Shown: in pieces, positions 1 through 12,453 of the stretch | How positions within the stretch are numbered: position 1 is the first letter of the stretch | Layout of the letters: every line of letters begins with the position of its first letter | From: the human T2T-CHM13v2.0 reference genome, Homo sapiens | Reading direction: 5' to 3' | Length of the DNA: 64,000 nt | Assembly (NCBI GenBank): GCA_009914755.4 | Contig: CP068257.2 | Span: forward strand, 23,200,001-23,264,000 | Notes under the pieces: model-generated | The model's input: the letters and a program-made list of their open reading frames with translations, nothing else | Told to the model about the DNA's origin: nothing | Databases searched by the model: none | Translations under genes and position numbers: made by a program

Positions 1-1894
1 CGTTTACTTATATAATCAAAAAGTGCAATTATAAAAAATAGTTGACATTAATGCAATACTATTAGCCAATCTAGGGATTTTATTCAACTTTTATTCTTTG
101 TATCACTAATATTCCTTTTCAATTCCAGAATCCAATTCAGGCTCACACATTGAATTTAGTTGGCATATTTCTATAGTTTCCTCTAATATGGAGTATTTTC
201 TCTGTCTGTCTTGACTTTGAAACTATTGAAGATTACTGGTCAATCATTTTGTAGAATACATATCAATTTGCATTGTCTAATATACACTACAGAAATTATG
301 CTGTGTTATTATTGCATTAGGAGGTATCTGATGTTGATAATATTACTGGGATATTTATAAGAGAGAACTATGTGTCCAAAATATGAGGTACATGAATAAA
401 AGCATTTAGGAATAATCTCTGCAAGCTTCTGTACTCCATCAAATTTAAGACGTATTGATTATAAGATGCTTCATTGAATTTACCTGCAATATTTAGAAGA
501 AAAAAATAATGCTTTCATGAAAAGTACAATGCAATAACTTTCTAACAACTAGAAATGTTACAAAAGTCGAAAATTTTAGTTTGTTTTTATTTAAATAATA
601 GAAGTGCTGATAACATGAACAGTTATTGACCAGGTTCATAAAGAGTAGTCTGACAGTAGTATATCACCACAACTGCCACCAGACCAGCTGTGATTGGTAT
701 TCCCTTCTCAGGTTCAGAGATGTTAAAATGGGCAGGGGGGAAGAGGAGAAATAAGTATTTTAGAATAAAAAAAAAAAGAATAGATTAACACCCTTCAGCA
801 ATGGTAAGAAGTCACACTTCAGATTGTATACAGTGAAAACTCCTCCTTTTTTTTTTGTTATGGTAGGGGAATAACATGATCATAACATGTTGTTGATATT
901 ATTACTGGGATGCTTATAAGAGAGGATAATATATCCAGAATATGAGGACGGTTTTATGCACTGGGATATATTACCTTCCCCCAACACCAGGAATGACAAT
1001 AAGGGAAAAAGTTTCTGTTTCTTTGAGTTTGGGGATCATATTGCTAAGAAAAGAAAAGAAAAACAGGACATCTATTTATATGCCTATGCTTACATAGCAC
1101 TATAACCATAGTGCTAAGTTAATAGTCTCCTGCTTTAATGTAAACATTGGGAAAAGCTTAAAACAATTTAGAAAACAAATATAAAGATCCTAAAGCCATG
1201 ATTTTCCAAGCTGGAGGTCACTTTCCCATTTCACAGCCTGGTGTTTCATGGAAATGCTTTATATTCTCCACCCAATGATTAATGAATACAATTACAACAG
1301 TAGGAAATTTAACAAGACAATAGGAAACAAACTTACAATTATGAGTATTCATTTACCAGAGTGGCAGATTTTTACTGTGTAAAGTAAAAAAGTGCATTTC
1401 CAAAAATGTGTAGTATGGCATAGAAAACCTGAATTAATTGTTTTAATTAGAGAATCAATCTAGCAGCTTAGGTTGAAGAAGCAAAGCCATTTCATTGTAT
1501 CTGCATAGACCCACCTCTAAGGGAACTGCCTGTGACAATCCTTTATGCCTATTGTCCTGGCATAATTATTAATACCATTCTCTTTCACTGTCACCATTTT
1601 TCCAGTTTGACAATAAGTTATACGCCCATTGAACTGATAACTGAATTTAAGTTGTAAGTAATGTAGAATATGCAATATCAAAAATACATTTATTTTGACA
1701 TTAATTTGCATAAGTGAAAAGCAAGAACCTAAAATTATAAATGTTATATAATAAACTCCCAAAACTTATTTTTAATTTCAAAAATGCATTTATACTCTTG
1801 AGTTTCTTACATTACTTTTATTTTCCATGCTTATTCGAGGTATATGGGATGCCCAGGAATATACCTGTCAAATAGATATAAAAACATAGAGAAT

Positions 1895-2145
1895 CTGGAG
1901 CAGTTAGGAGCATGGGATTTCCCATAGCATTTGAATCCTGGCTCTGTAGTTATCACTAAGTAACCTTGCAGACTCACTCTAAGCCTTCTGTGTCTCAGTT
2001 TTTAAATCTCTAAATCAGAGGTCATTGTAACATTTACCTTAAAGTATTGCTGTAAGAACTGAATGAGTGATAAAGCTCTATATAAATTAGAGAATGTGGC
2101 TGGCATTTTGTAAGCATTACATTACGTAAGTACAGATAGCCCCCA
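1895..2145 (+). mobile_element. MIR (ancient tRNA-derived SINE) copy
   Basis: The segment 'gagcatgggatttcccatagcatttgaatcctggctctgtagttatcactaagtaaccttgcagactcactctaagccttctgtgtctcagttt...' aligns by eye to the MIR core (agcatgggctttggagtcagacagacctgggttcgaatcctggctctgccacttactagctgtgtgaccttgggcaagttacttaacctctctgagcctcagtttcctcatctgtaaaatgggg). Confidence 0.6.
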
Positions 2146-3185
2146 ACTTAACTATAGTTCAATTTATGTTTAATTAAAGGATACTGTGAAAGCAATATGT
2201 ATTTAGTAAAACTATACTTGAAATTTTATATTTTGATCTTTTCCCAGGCTAGTGATATGCAGTATGATGCTCTCTCCAGATGCTAGGCAGTCAGCCAGCA
2301 AATCAGTAGGATAAACAACCGACGTTCTTCAGCGTACCGTGTTGTCAGATGATTCTGCCCAGCTGCAGGCTAATGTAAGTGTCCTGAGGATGTTCAAGGT
2401 AGGCTAGTCTATGCTATGATTGATGTTCAGTAGTTTAGGTATAGTAAATGCACTTTCAACTTAGAATACTTTCAATTTATCATGAGTTTATAGGGACATA
2501 ACCCTATCATGAGTTGAGGAGCGTCTATATTTAGATGAATAGATAGATAAAGAGGAATTGGGGGATTATTGCCTCTTATACAAGTTCAAATTCACTTGGG
2601 AAAATGGGGGAAGTTGATGGGTTTTTAAGTACAACACTCTGAGAGAACACAGAAAGAATAAGCAAGAAACTTGACCCAAAAAAGAGATAGTGAATCTTTA
2701 ACACACTTCAGGACTCAGGGCACCACCCAGGTCTAAGGTAACTTGCAGGAATATGACATGGGTATAACTTTCAAGAGCTTTGAATTTATTTCTTAAAAGA
2801 GCTCAACATAAAATCAAAGTGAGAGCAAGAATATTTTAGCTTCCTTCTCTGTTCTCTTTATCTTTTACTCCATGTTTCATATATTAACAAACCCTGTTGA
2901 TACTAACTTTAAAATATTTTGAAAATGTGTCCATATATGATTACTTTCATTTATACTACATACTCCATGACATCATCACATTTATGTCAATTGTCTCCTA
3001 ATTTGTCTCCCCGTTCTGCCCTTGCTCTCTATTCAGTATATTTTCTCCAAGTAACAAGAAATCTTCAGTTAAGGCAGAAGTCATGTCTCTCAAAACCATC
3101 CATTGGTTTCCTGTTTCAGTCACCATAACAGTCAAAGTCCTTAGAATTGTATATGAAGCACTCTGTGCTTACCTCTTTATTACAC

Positions 3186-3578
3186 TTTTTTTTGTTTCTT
3201 TTTTAAAAATTTTTTTTAACTTCTTTATTTCAATAGGTGATTGGGGAACAGGTGGTGTTTGTTTACATGAATAAGTTCTTTAGTGCTGATTTCCGAGATT
3301 TCAGTGCACCCATCACCCAAGCAGTGTACACTGTACTCAATGTGTGGTCTTCTATCCCTCAGCCCTACTCCCACCCTTTCCCCCAAGTCCCCAACGTCCA
3401 TCGTATCATTCTTATGCCTTTGCATCCTCATAGCTTAGCTCCCACTTGTAAGTGAGAACATACAAGGTTTGATTTTCCATTCCTTCACTTAGAACAATAG
3501 TCTCCAATTCCATCCAGGATACTGTAAATGCCATTATTTCGTTCCTTTTTATGGCTAAGTAGTAGTCCATGGTGTGAT

Positions 3579-3625
<47 letters not shown>

Positions 3626-3841
3626 ATTTTCTTATCTACTCATTGATTTATGGGCTTTTAGTCGGGTTCCATATTTTTGCAATTGCAAATTTTGTTGCTG
3701 TAAACATGCATGTGCATGTATCTTTTTTCATATGATGACTTCTTTTTCTCTGGGTAGATACCCAGTAGTGGGATTGCTGGATTAAATGGTAGATCTATGT
3801 TTAGTTATTTAGGGACTCCCCACACTGTTACTCATAGTGGT
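3186..3841 (-). mobile_element. Older L1 (L1P/L1M-type) 3' UTR and ORF2-end portion, segment A; antisense, with a T-rich tail on the left
   Basis: Reverse complement of the L1 3' end: 'tgattggggaacaggtggtgtttgtttacatgaataagttctttagtgctgatttc...gtaagtgagaacatacaaggtttgattttccattcc...'. The + strand starts with a poly-T tract at 3186-3230. The copy is interrupted by (TA)n and then by a nested LTR. Confidence 0.8.
3581..3622. repeat. (TA)n microsatellite, about 21 units
   Basis: Perfect 'atatatat...' run seen directly in the sequence. Confidence 0.95.
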
Positions 3842-4733
3842 CGTGTTTTAGTTTCAGCAATGCACCAAGATTGTCTTGTGCTCAGACAACCAAGCAGTCT
3901 CTTGTTGTCTGACGTAATACCTGGAGTTCTTTGTCCTACCTCCAAGAACATTAAGGAGAGCAGAGACAAAAGTGAGGTTCGAGCAAAAGTTTTGATAAGC
4001 AAAAGAAGAAAGCTCTCTGCCAGCGGAGGGGGGAGCCGGAAGGGGGTGCCCCCTCTGAGGCTAGGGTCCAGGGTTTTTATGGACTGGGAAGGGGAATAAA
4101 TGTGCTCAGTCCATAGACTGTCTTAGAGAATGCGTGATTCAGCTTGGCCCAGGACCTTGGTCTGGGACCAATTAGAAAGCTTGGCCCAGGACCAATCAGG
4201 GGCTGAAGCGATGATGTATGGAGGCTACTCAGCTTGCCTCAGGACCTGTCAGGAGCTGAAGTAAAAGCTTGTCCTGAGACCTTGGTCCAGGACCAATCAG
4301 GGGCTGAAGCGATGATTCATAGAGGCCGGGCTCACAATCAAAAAAAAGAAAGGAGAGTGCCCACTGGAACCCACTGGAGCCCACTGTGGCCATGCCCACA
4401 AAAAGAGAAGAAACTTTTTCCTGGGAGCCCACTGATTATACAAGGGACAAAGGCATTTCTACGCTGGGCCTTGTTTTTTTTTTTTTTAATCTGAGTGAGC
4501 CAGAGGTTTGTGCAAGTGTTTATCCAAATGGGCCGGAGGTTTTTCTATCTGTGCAGCCGTAGCCATGTCTCTAGGCATAGCACCATGTGCTAGTTCCCTT
4601 ATGGTGTCTGCAGCTTGATTTTTTTCCCGGGCTGCTTTTTATGTTATGTGAGGATGAGGCACTGACCTATGGGCCAGGGGCTCTCTGGGGACCCTTCTTT
4701 GCTATCTACCTAAGGCAAGCTAACTCCTTTCAG
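3842..4733 (-). mobile_element. Solo ERV-class LTR (unclassified ERV1-like, possibly LTR12-like) nested inside the old L1
   Basis: An ~890-bp block interrupts otherwise contiguous L1 sequence; the flanks at 3841 and 4734 join onto the L1 consensus. Read on the minus strand it shows promoter-like architecture: tandem 'ctgattggtcctgg' (CCAAT/Y-box) repeats, then 'ccataaaaaccc' (TATA-like), then 'ttattcccc' / 'gctttcttcttttgcttatcaaaacttttgctcgaacctc' (polyA-signal and R/U5-like), ending '...cttggtgca'. The family name is not verified. Confidence 0.55.
4141..4327. repeat. ~90-bp tandem duplication (2 units) inside the LTR, each unit carrying 'gaccaat(c/t)ag' CCAAT-type motifs
   Basis: Unit 1 is 4141-4227 and unit 2 is 4228-4327. 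They share '...cttgg(c/t)ccaggaccaatcaggggctgaagcgatgat(g/t)(t/c)at(g/a)gagg'. Confidence 0.6.
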
Positions 4734-6073
4734 TTGTACTAGTTTACATTCCCAGCAACATTGTAAACGTCTTCCCTTTTGATCACATCTGTGCCAACAT
4801 CGATTTTTTTTTAATTTTTTGATTATAGCCATTCGTACAGGAGTAAGGTGGTATCGCATTGTGGTTTTGATTTGAATTTCCCTGAGAATTAGTGATACTG
4901 AACATTTTCCCATATGCTTGTTGGACATTTGTGTATCTTCTTTTGAAAAATGTCTATTCATGTCCTTGCCTACTTTTTGATGAGATTGTTTGTTTTGATG
5001 ATTTGTTTGAGTTCTTTGTAGATTCTGGATGTTAGTCCTTTGTCAGATGTATAGATTGTGAAGATTATTCTCCCACTCTGTAGGTTGTGTGTTAACTCTG
5101 CTGATTATTTCTGTTATTCTGCAGAAGCTTTTTAGTTTAATCAAGTCCCATCTATTTATCTTTGTTTTTGTTGCATTTGCTTTTAGGTTCTGGGTCATAA
5201 AATCTTGGCCTAAGCCAAGGTCTAGAAGGGTTTTTCTGATGTTATCTTCTAGAATGTTTATGGTTTCAGGTCTTAGATTTAAGTCTTTGATCAATTTTGA
5301 GTTGAGAGATGAGGATCCAGTTTCATTCTACATGTAGCTTGCCAATTATCCCAGCATCATTTGTTGAATAGAGTGTCCTTTCTCCACTTTATGTTTTTGT
5401 TTTCTTTGTTGAAGATCTGTTGGCTGTATTTGGCATTGTTTCTGGGTTCTTTATTCTGTTCCATTGGACTATGTGTCTATTTTTATACCAATACCATGAT
5501 GTTTTGGTGACTATGGCCTTATAGTATAGTTTTAAGTTGGGTAGTGTGATGCCTCCAGATTTATTCTTTTTGGTTAGTCTTGCTTTGGCTATGTGGGCTA
5601 TTTTTGGTTCCATATGAATTTTAGGATTGTTTTTTCTAGTTCTGCAAGAATGGTGGTGGCATTTTGATGAGAATTGCATTGAATTTGTAGATTGCTTTTG
5701 ACAATATGGCCATTTTCACAATATTGATTCTACCCATCCATGAACATAGGATGTGTTTCCATTTGTTTGTGTCATCTATAATTTCTTTCAGCAATGTTTT
5801 GTAGTTTGCCTTGTAGAGAGGTCTTTCGCCTCCTTTGTTGGGTATATTCCTAGGTATTTAATTTAATTTAATTTAATTTTTTGCAGCTATTGTAAAAGAG
5901 GTTGAGTTATTCATTTGATTCTCAGCTTGCTCACTGTAGGCGTATAGCAGAACTACTGATTTGTGTACATTAATTTTGTATCCTGAAACTTTCCTGAGTT
6001 CATTTACCAGCTTTAGGAGCTTTTTGGATGAGTCTTTAGGGTTTTCTAGGTATGTGATCATAACCAACAGCAA
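4710..6073 (-). pseudogene. Frame-disrupted L1 ORF2 (RT and C-terminal domain) remnants, split over four short ORFs
   Basis: The track ORFs at 4710-4961, 5043-5294, 5389-5679 and 5873-6073 all carry recognisable L1 ORF2 motifs but sit in different frames with stops between them. Confidence 0.8.
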
Positions 6074-6120
6074 ACAGCGACAGTTTAACTTCCTCTTTAT
6101 TATACTTTCTAGTATTCTCT
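4734..6120 (-). mobile_element. Older L1 ORF2-region portion, segment B of the same L1 as 3186-3841
   Basis: 'ttgtactagtttacattcccagcaacattgtaaacg...gtggtatcgcattgtggttttgatttgaatttccctgagaattagtgatactgaacattttcccatatgcttgttgg...' is the reverse complement of the L1 ORF2 3' half. The minus-strand ORFs 4710-4961, 5043-5294, 5389-5679 and 5873-6073 translate to L1 ORF2 peptides (MNRHFSKED...IQIKTTMRYHLTPVRMAIIKK; ...TEWENNLHNLYI; ...YLENPKDSSKKLLKLVNELRKVSGYKINVHKS). Confidence 0.85.
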
Positions 6121-6596
6121 CCTTTCCTTATTTTCATAGAAGCTGCAATGGTTCCATGCTTGTACCCAACAGACACATGGGTGACTCATGGCTTTGCTCT
6201 TCTTCCTTATACATGAAAACTCTCCCCCCAACATAGCCATGCGGCTCCAAGGTACACCTCCTCAGGATCTTTGCTAAACTTTCTTCTTTAGTAAACCCTT
6301 TTCTTGACCCTGTAAGATAAGAAGTTCTCATCTGTTATGGTCTAGATTGACAACATATCAAGGCATGTATAATAGGTAAATGCTTCTCAAACAGCCTGAG
6401 GCTTGTTTAATTTGGGCTGTGTTTTTCCTGTGATTAATATGTATTTCATTCAACTATATATGAATATCTTATATAAAACAGTATAATGTATAACAATTCT
6501 GAGGACAGTGCTTTTATGGAATAAAACATTCAATTTTTTTAGTTTTCTGAGCCTAACTTGGTATTTGGAGTTAGAAAAGAAGTGGAGGTATTCCAT

Positions 6597-6896
6597 CTTT
6601 TTTTGTTTGTTTTGTTTTGTGAGACAGAGTTTCGCTCTTTCACCCAGGATAGAGTGCAGTGGCACGATCTTGGCTCACTGCAACGTCCTCCTTCTGGTTT
6701 CAAGCGATTCTCCTGCCTCAGCTTCCCGGCTGGGATTACAGGTGCCCACCACCACGCCTGGCCAATTTTTATATCTTTAGTAGAGACGCAGTTTCACCAT
6801 GTTGGCCAGGCTGGTCTCGAACTCCTGACCTCATGATCTGCCTGTCTCGGCCTCCCAAAGTGCTGAGATTACAGGCGTGAGCCACCGCACTGGGCC
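6597..6896 (-). mobile_element. Alu (AluS-like), antisense, with an ~8-10 bp TSD 'attccatc'
   Basis: '...gagacagagtttcgctctttcacccaggatagagtgcagtggcacgatcttggctcactgcaac...gattacaggcgtgagccaccgcactgggcc' is the reverse complement of an Alu. The T-rich tail is at 6597-6620. 'attccatc' occurs at 6590-6597 and again at 6903-6910. Confidence 0.95.
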
Positions 6897-9143
6897 AGAG
6901 GCATTCCATCATTTAGGGGTTTCTCTTCTTCAAGTATACTTCCCTTCCTGGTAGCCCTCTACAAAGAGTCAGACGTCCTAAAGAATCATTTTCTCCTTTC
7001 CAAAAACAACTCGTCTCTAGAACACTTGGTCAGTGCCCACTTAGTATACAGCATATTGTAGATTGAGTTCATAAACCTGCTTTGCCAGAATGTGCTGTCA
7101 GCATTCTTTGCATCAGAAGACCAAACTTAGATTTGTTATGTTCGGAAAGAGAATAATATATCATAAATTTAAAATACTGATAATTCTCTATAGAACATGT
7201 TTATGTACAAAATATAGGCAAAATTCTTATCTGTTAAAAGGGTGATTACTATATGATCACAATATTCTTCGATAATATGATCAGATTTGTCTTCTCAAAA
7301 TGTCATAAAGTAATATTTCAAAAAGCATTCTCAAAACAGGTAGGCCACAGTCTGCTAAATAAAAGGAAAAGAAACCAGTGTATATTCATTAACAAGTAGG
7401 TATTCCTTGAATGAATATATTTTTGGCTTTTTACTCTTTTTAGTGTTGCTTTTGCTTCTCTGGACACTTCCCCCTATAAAATGATTAGTTGCCATGCTCA
7501 GATGTCATGTGTTGAATCTGAGACAAGAGTTGCCAAAGTATATTGAAATAGAATCAGACATTCAAAAAGACCAGCCACCTCTTTAGTGATAGCTCCAAGA
7601 CACTATTATTTTGATACTGAATTTTCTGCATCCACCCAAGATAAAAATGTTTAAACCTATGTTAATAATGTAACTTAAACATTAAGAATTGTTTTGGAAT
7701 GCCAATTCATCTCCTTTATGTGCATCGAAGAGATTAAGTTACCTAAGATGCTTTATTTTGGAGGATACAAATATGCTGATTGCAGCAGAATCTGCCCTGG
7801 AAAGAATGTAAATAACATAGTGAATGGTGAACTCAGTGCACTGCATTTATCTTCTAGATTCATTATCAAAGTGTCCTTTGAGTTTAACTTTTTTCATTTA
7901 AAAAATGAAGACCAATACACTAAGGAAGCATTTTGTTTTCAGAAGTGATACATTGGACAATTCTTATGTAGGAATTAATTAAGTAAAATGTCTTCAAGTG
8001 AACAATTGGTTCAATCACCAGATGAATTCAGAAATGTTTCTCTGAAGGCAGACCTATTATATTTTCACCTTTAGGCACCAGGGGGTAACATGTCTTATTA
8101 ATGCCTATATTAAAATTGATCTGCTTCCATAGGTATAGTACCAAATAGACAGCTCATCAAATAAAATGAATGCTTTTAAAAGGATTTTATACATAGTTAT
8201 GCATTTTCAAAAAACAAATTTCCATTTTGATGCAGGAAAATGAGGAAATTTAAATACACTGAATCATTTTGCTAGCTAGAAGACAGCAATTTAAATCATT
8301 ATTATTGGGAAAATACCAGATATGATTATATTATAAAAAGCTACTTAGCAAATAGCATCAGTTATACATTATAAGGATGAATTTTATGTGATTTTCCTTA
8401 TAGAGATCGTGCTTTTTTTCTATAGATAAATGCAATATTAAGGTTGGAAATTTGACTTACCCAGCATGTATTGTTTAAAGAGATAGATTCGTGCGTTCCA
8501 AATCCAATTTAAATAATGCATAAATTGTAACACTAACAGATAAGCTTGGTTTTCCTAAAATATCAGGATCAAGCAGACAAACCCTGTCTGGTTGTAACTT
8601 GATCAGTCATCTCTATGCTGTGGCTTGTATTCATCTGCTGGAGACATCTATGTGATATCCTCAAATAATTACAGACGTTTGTAGAAATTACATAGACTGT
8701 ACACCAGAAAAAGGCAGTGTTCATAATTTGTTAACTGACGAATAAGATAAAATCTCAGACTCTTCATCGTTCTTGACAATTTTGGCAGTGGACATGTGAT
8801 AGTGACAGATGTGTTCTGAAGAAGAGAACTAAGGTCCTTGAGGACGGATTGAGAGGATTTGAGGGAAGCCTGTGTAAGTTATGGTGAAAATGACAAATTG
8901 TATGGTCAACAGCTCTATAAGTGGTCCTCCATTTTATTGCCTATAATCAAGGATGAATTGGATGGGTGATTGCAGAATAAAATACTGAATAGCATCTGGT
9001 TATTACTAACTCCTCTGGGGAGGGAGAGTTACTCATTAACTGGCAGGCAGCCTCTGGTCCACCTCACTTTAACAACTAGTATTAAATCTGTGCAAGGTGG
9101 ATAGAAAATCTAAATTCTTACAAGGTGGATAGAAAATCTAAAT

Positions 9144-9675
9144 CCATTACTGGGTATATACCCAAAGGACTATAAATCATGCTGCTATAAAGACACATGC
9201 ACACGTATGTTTATTGCGGCACTATTCACAATAGCAAAGACTTGGAACCAACCCAAATGTCCAACAATGATAGACTGCATTAAGAAAATGTGGCACATAT
9301 ACACCATGGAATACTATGCAGTCATAAAAAAGGATGAGTTCATGTCCTTTGTAGGGACATGGATGAAATTGGAAATCATCATTCTCAGTAAACTATCGCA
9401 AGGACAAAAAACCAAACACCACATGTTCTCACTCGTAGGTGGGAATTGAACAGTGAGAACACATGGACACAGGAAGGGGAACATCACACTCTGGGGACTG
9501 TTGTGGGGTGGGGGGAGGGGGAGGGATAGCATTAGGAGATATACCTAATGCTAAATGACGAGTTAATGAGTGCAGCACAGCAGCATGGCACATGTATACA
9601 TATGTAACTAACCTGCACATTGTGCACATGTACCCTAAAACTTAAAGTATAATAATAATAAAATAAAATAAAAAA
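9144..9675 (+). mobile_element. L1PA-type 3' end (ORF2 C-terminus, 3' UTR and A-rich tail), 5'-truncated, with a 17-bp TSD
   Basis: 'ccattactgggtatatacccaaaggactataaatcatgctgctataaagacacatgcacacgtatgtttattgcggcactattcacaatagcaaagacttggaaccaacccaaatgtccaacaatgatagactg...cagcatggcacatgtatacatatgtaactaacctgcacattgtgcacatgtaccctaaaacttaaagtataataataataaaataaaataaaaaaag'. The 'aactaacctgcacattgtgcacatgtaccctaaaactt' form is typical of L1PA rather than L1HS. The TSD 'agaaaatctaaattctt' is at 9103-9119 and 9676-9692. Confidence 0.9.
9207..9449 (+). pseudogene. L1 ORF2 C-terminal 80-aa remnant
   Basis: Translation MFIAALFTIAKTWNQPKCPTMIDCIKKMWHIYTMEYYAVIKKDEFMSFVGTWMKLEIIILSKLSQGQKTKHHMFSLVGGN matches the ORF2 C-terminus. 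Confidence 0.85.
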
Positions 9676-12017
9676 AGAAAATCTAAATTCTTTTCAGATG
9701 CAGTTTACAGAGATGCACACCAACTCTGGACAGAAAAAGAAGTAATTTACAACTACTCTGTGCAGAAAACAGGCAAATTATTAAATTTCCACTGGTTCTC
9801 TTTGGAAAAGTAAAGGGTGTAATGCTTATAAAGGAAAAATGGCAATAGCTGGGACATCTTAGGGCTTAGACCTTCCTACACTTCTTAGAGTTGTTGGGAT
9901 GAGACAGTAAAAGATCTCAGACTGCCTGTACAGTAGGTCTTAACTGTAATAATGGATCTTTGGCTCTCTAGGAGATAGTTCCTTCAAAGAGATGAATTCC
10001 CATGGGAAAAAAATATCAATGAAACGTTAACTAGTACCAAGGTTTTTATAGCCTTAGATTGGGTTTACGTAGCTGTGACTTCATCCCGCTGCAGAATGTG
10101 AAACAAACAATCTAGGTATATTTTTTTGTGTTTATCCTTGTGTGCCATGGAAAACTTCACTAGATACTATGTAGAGAACTGGGAAGAATTATAGAGATGT
10201 TATCTTAGTAATGGTGCAGGAGATGCTGTGGATTTAGGTGTACTCCTTAAAGGAGTCATGGTTGTGTGAGTCAAACTTGAATCATTCAGAGGGAGAACAT
10301 CCACTGGCCCCAACCCAGAAAGCAGTGTGACTGGCACTGTTGAGAGAAGGGATTCTCAAAACTGCCATAGATAGTGTCAGTCATGATATTCTCACAGCCT
10401 GATGGACCAGACACATTTAAAGTCTGTTTGATTGAGGCATTGGAAACTGAAAGCAAATGTACCTTGCCTGTTAGCTGCAAGCCACTCTCTACTGATGTGA
10501 TCATCTTCTACCCTAGCCTCAGATGCTTTAAGAAAGATGAATAGAACTGGGACCAAGATGCCTCTGTCTCCAAAGAAAAATTAAAATGACATGCACACAT
10601 TCAAGTTTGCAGGGAAACTTTGACCCTGGAATCTAGAACCCTGTAGGTAAGCTACAGCAGACCACTGAATGTGCTACACTGTGAAACATTTCAGTGAATT
10701 ATGTATGAGTATTTATGCAAATGCATGTCTGGGGCAATATATAATATAGCCCATTTTCCATGCTGGTTATGTGACGTGTTGAGTACAAGTTGTAGGAAGG
10801 ACCTTTCAAAGCTTCTTTCTACCCTAATTATCTTATTAACTTTGCCTCAGTTCCCAATTCCTAAGCACCATGATACCTATCTTCCTTTAATCTTTCTTCT
10901 CACTATGTATTTTCCAGGATTGAGACTATGTTATAATTCTCTAGTTTCAACCCTTTCTTAAGTGATGTAGGTATTTTTCATGGCATTTTGCCTGTCCAAG
11001 TATTTAGCTGATGCTTAACCCATTGACTTGACATATCCTTGCTCACATAAAGATATAGACAGAGTCTTCTACTACTACCCGTCTCTTTCCCCACGGAACA
11101 GTTCCTCTGTACATCCCCTTAGGTAAAATGATCAAAATATGAGAAGGAGAGACAAAGTGTGGTTAGCATGAGTAAACCACATTAATACAGAGAGAACATT
11201 TGACTGCGTCAATTTTGCTCTATATGCTTTTTGTAAGTATATTTACCAGCCTTGTTGAGACCAAAATTTGGGCCAAAAATATAAGTACCTGGCTGTTAAA
11301 GCTGAGAGGGAACTATGTAGCATAATTATAACACTCTGAAAAGAAAAAATTTGAAGATGCTCATTTTGATTATGTTTAAAAACTCCAATCATGGATATAA
11401 AATTCCTAATTTGCCTACCGGATGAACAAGTAGTACATCCTTGTATTTGTATAGCATCTGTTTCCATGGAATATAAGTAGTAAATGTTAGCTACAGAATA
11501 TATATATGCAGATTTGAGTATAAAAAATATCTTTTACAAATAACATTTTATTTCCATTTTAGTAATAGCCCCAAACTCAGTCAGAAGTGCAACAGTATTT
11601 TGGCTGAGGGCCTGTTTGTTGTAGGAAAACAGGGCTATTTTCCTCCTATTCATAACATGCTTTTTCTTCTATTCAATTCACAGTGTGTTTCATTTTTAGG
11701 AAAATTCATTTTGGAGAATTTTCCTTATTCTCCATTGCTTCACTATATCAATCTATGTGAATGACATTGATTTCTTAGGGGGAAACACTTCCCATCAAGG
11801 TACATTTGGTTTACACATAACCAGCAGAAGCAGAAAGGAAAAAAAAACAGTCTGATGATATTTAGAAGTAAACAAACTTTACTTAATTTACAGGAACCCC
11901 TACTTAGTTTAATGTGACAGACAATAATGAGGAAAAATATTCTTGTTCATTGTCAGCTCGTTTAGATGTATCTGCGTTGAATTTCAGAAATGAACATACT
12001 TTAGGCTCTAAGTGTAA

Positions 12018-12453
<436 letters not shown>

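Noticed and set aside
4141-4327. Direct repeats 'ggcccaggaccaatcaggggctgaagcgatgat' that could superficially look like a repeat-spacer array
   Set aside because: There are only two ~90-bp units and they sit inside a eukaryotic LTR. The organism is a primate, so CRISPR is not applicable. It is interpreted as an LTR enhancer duplication.
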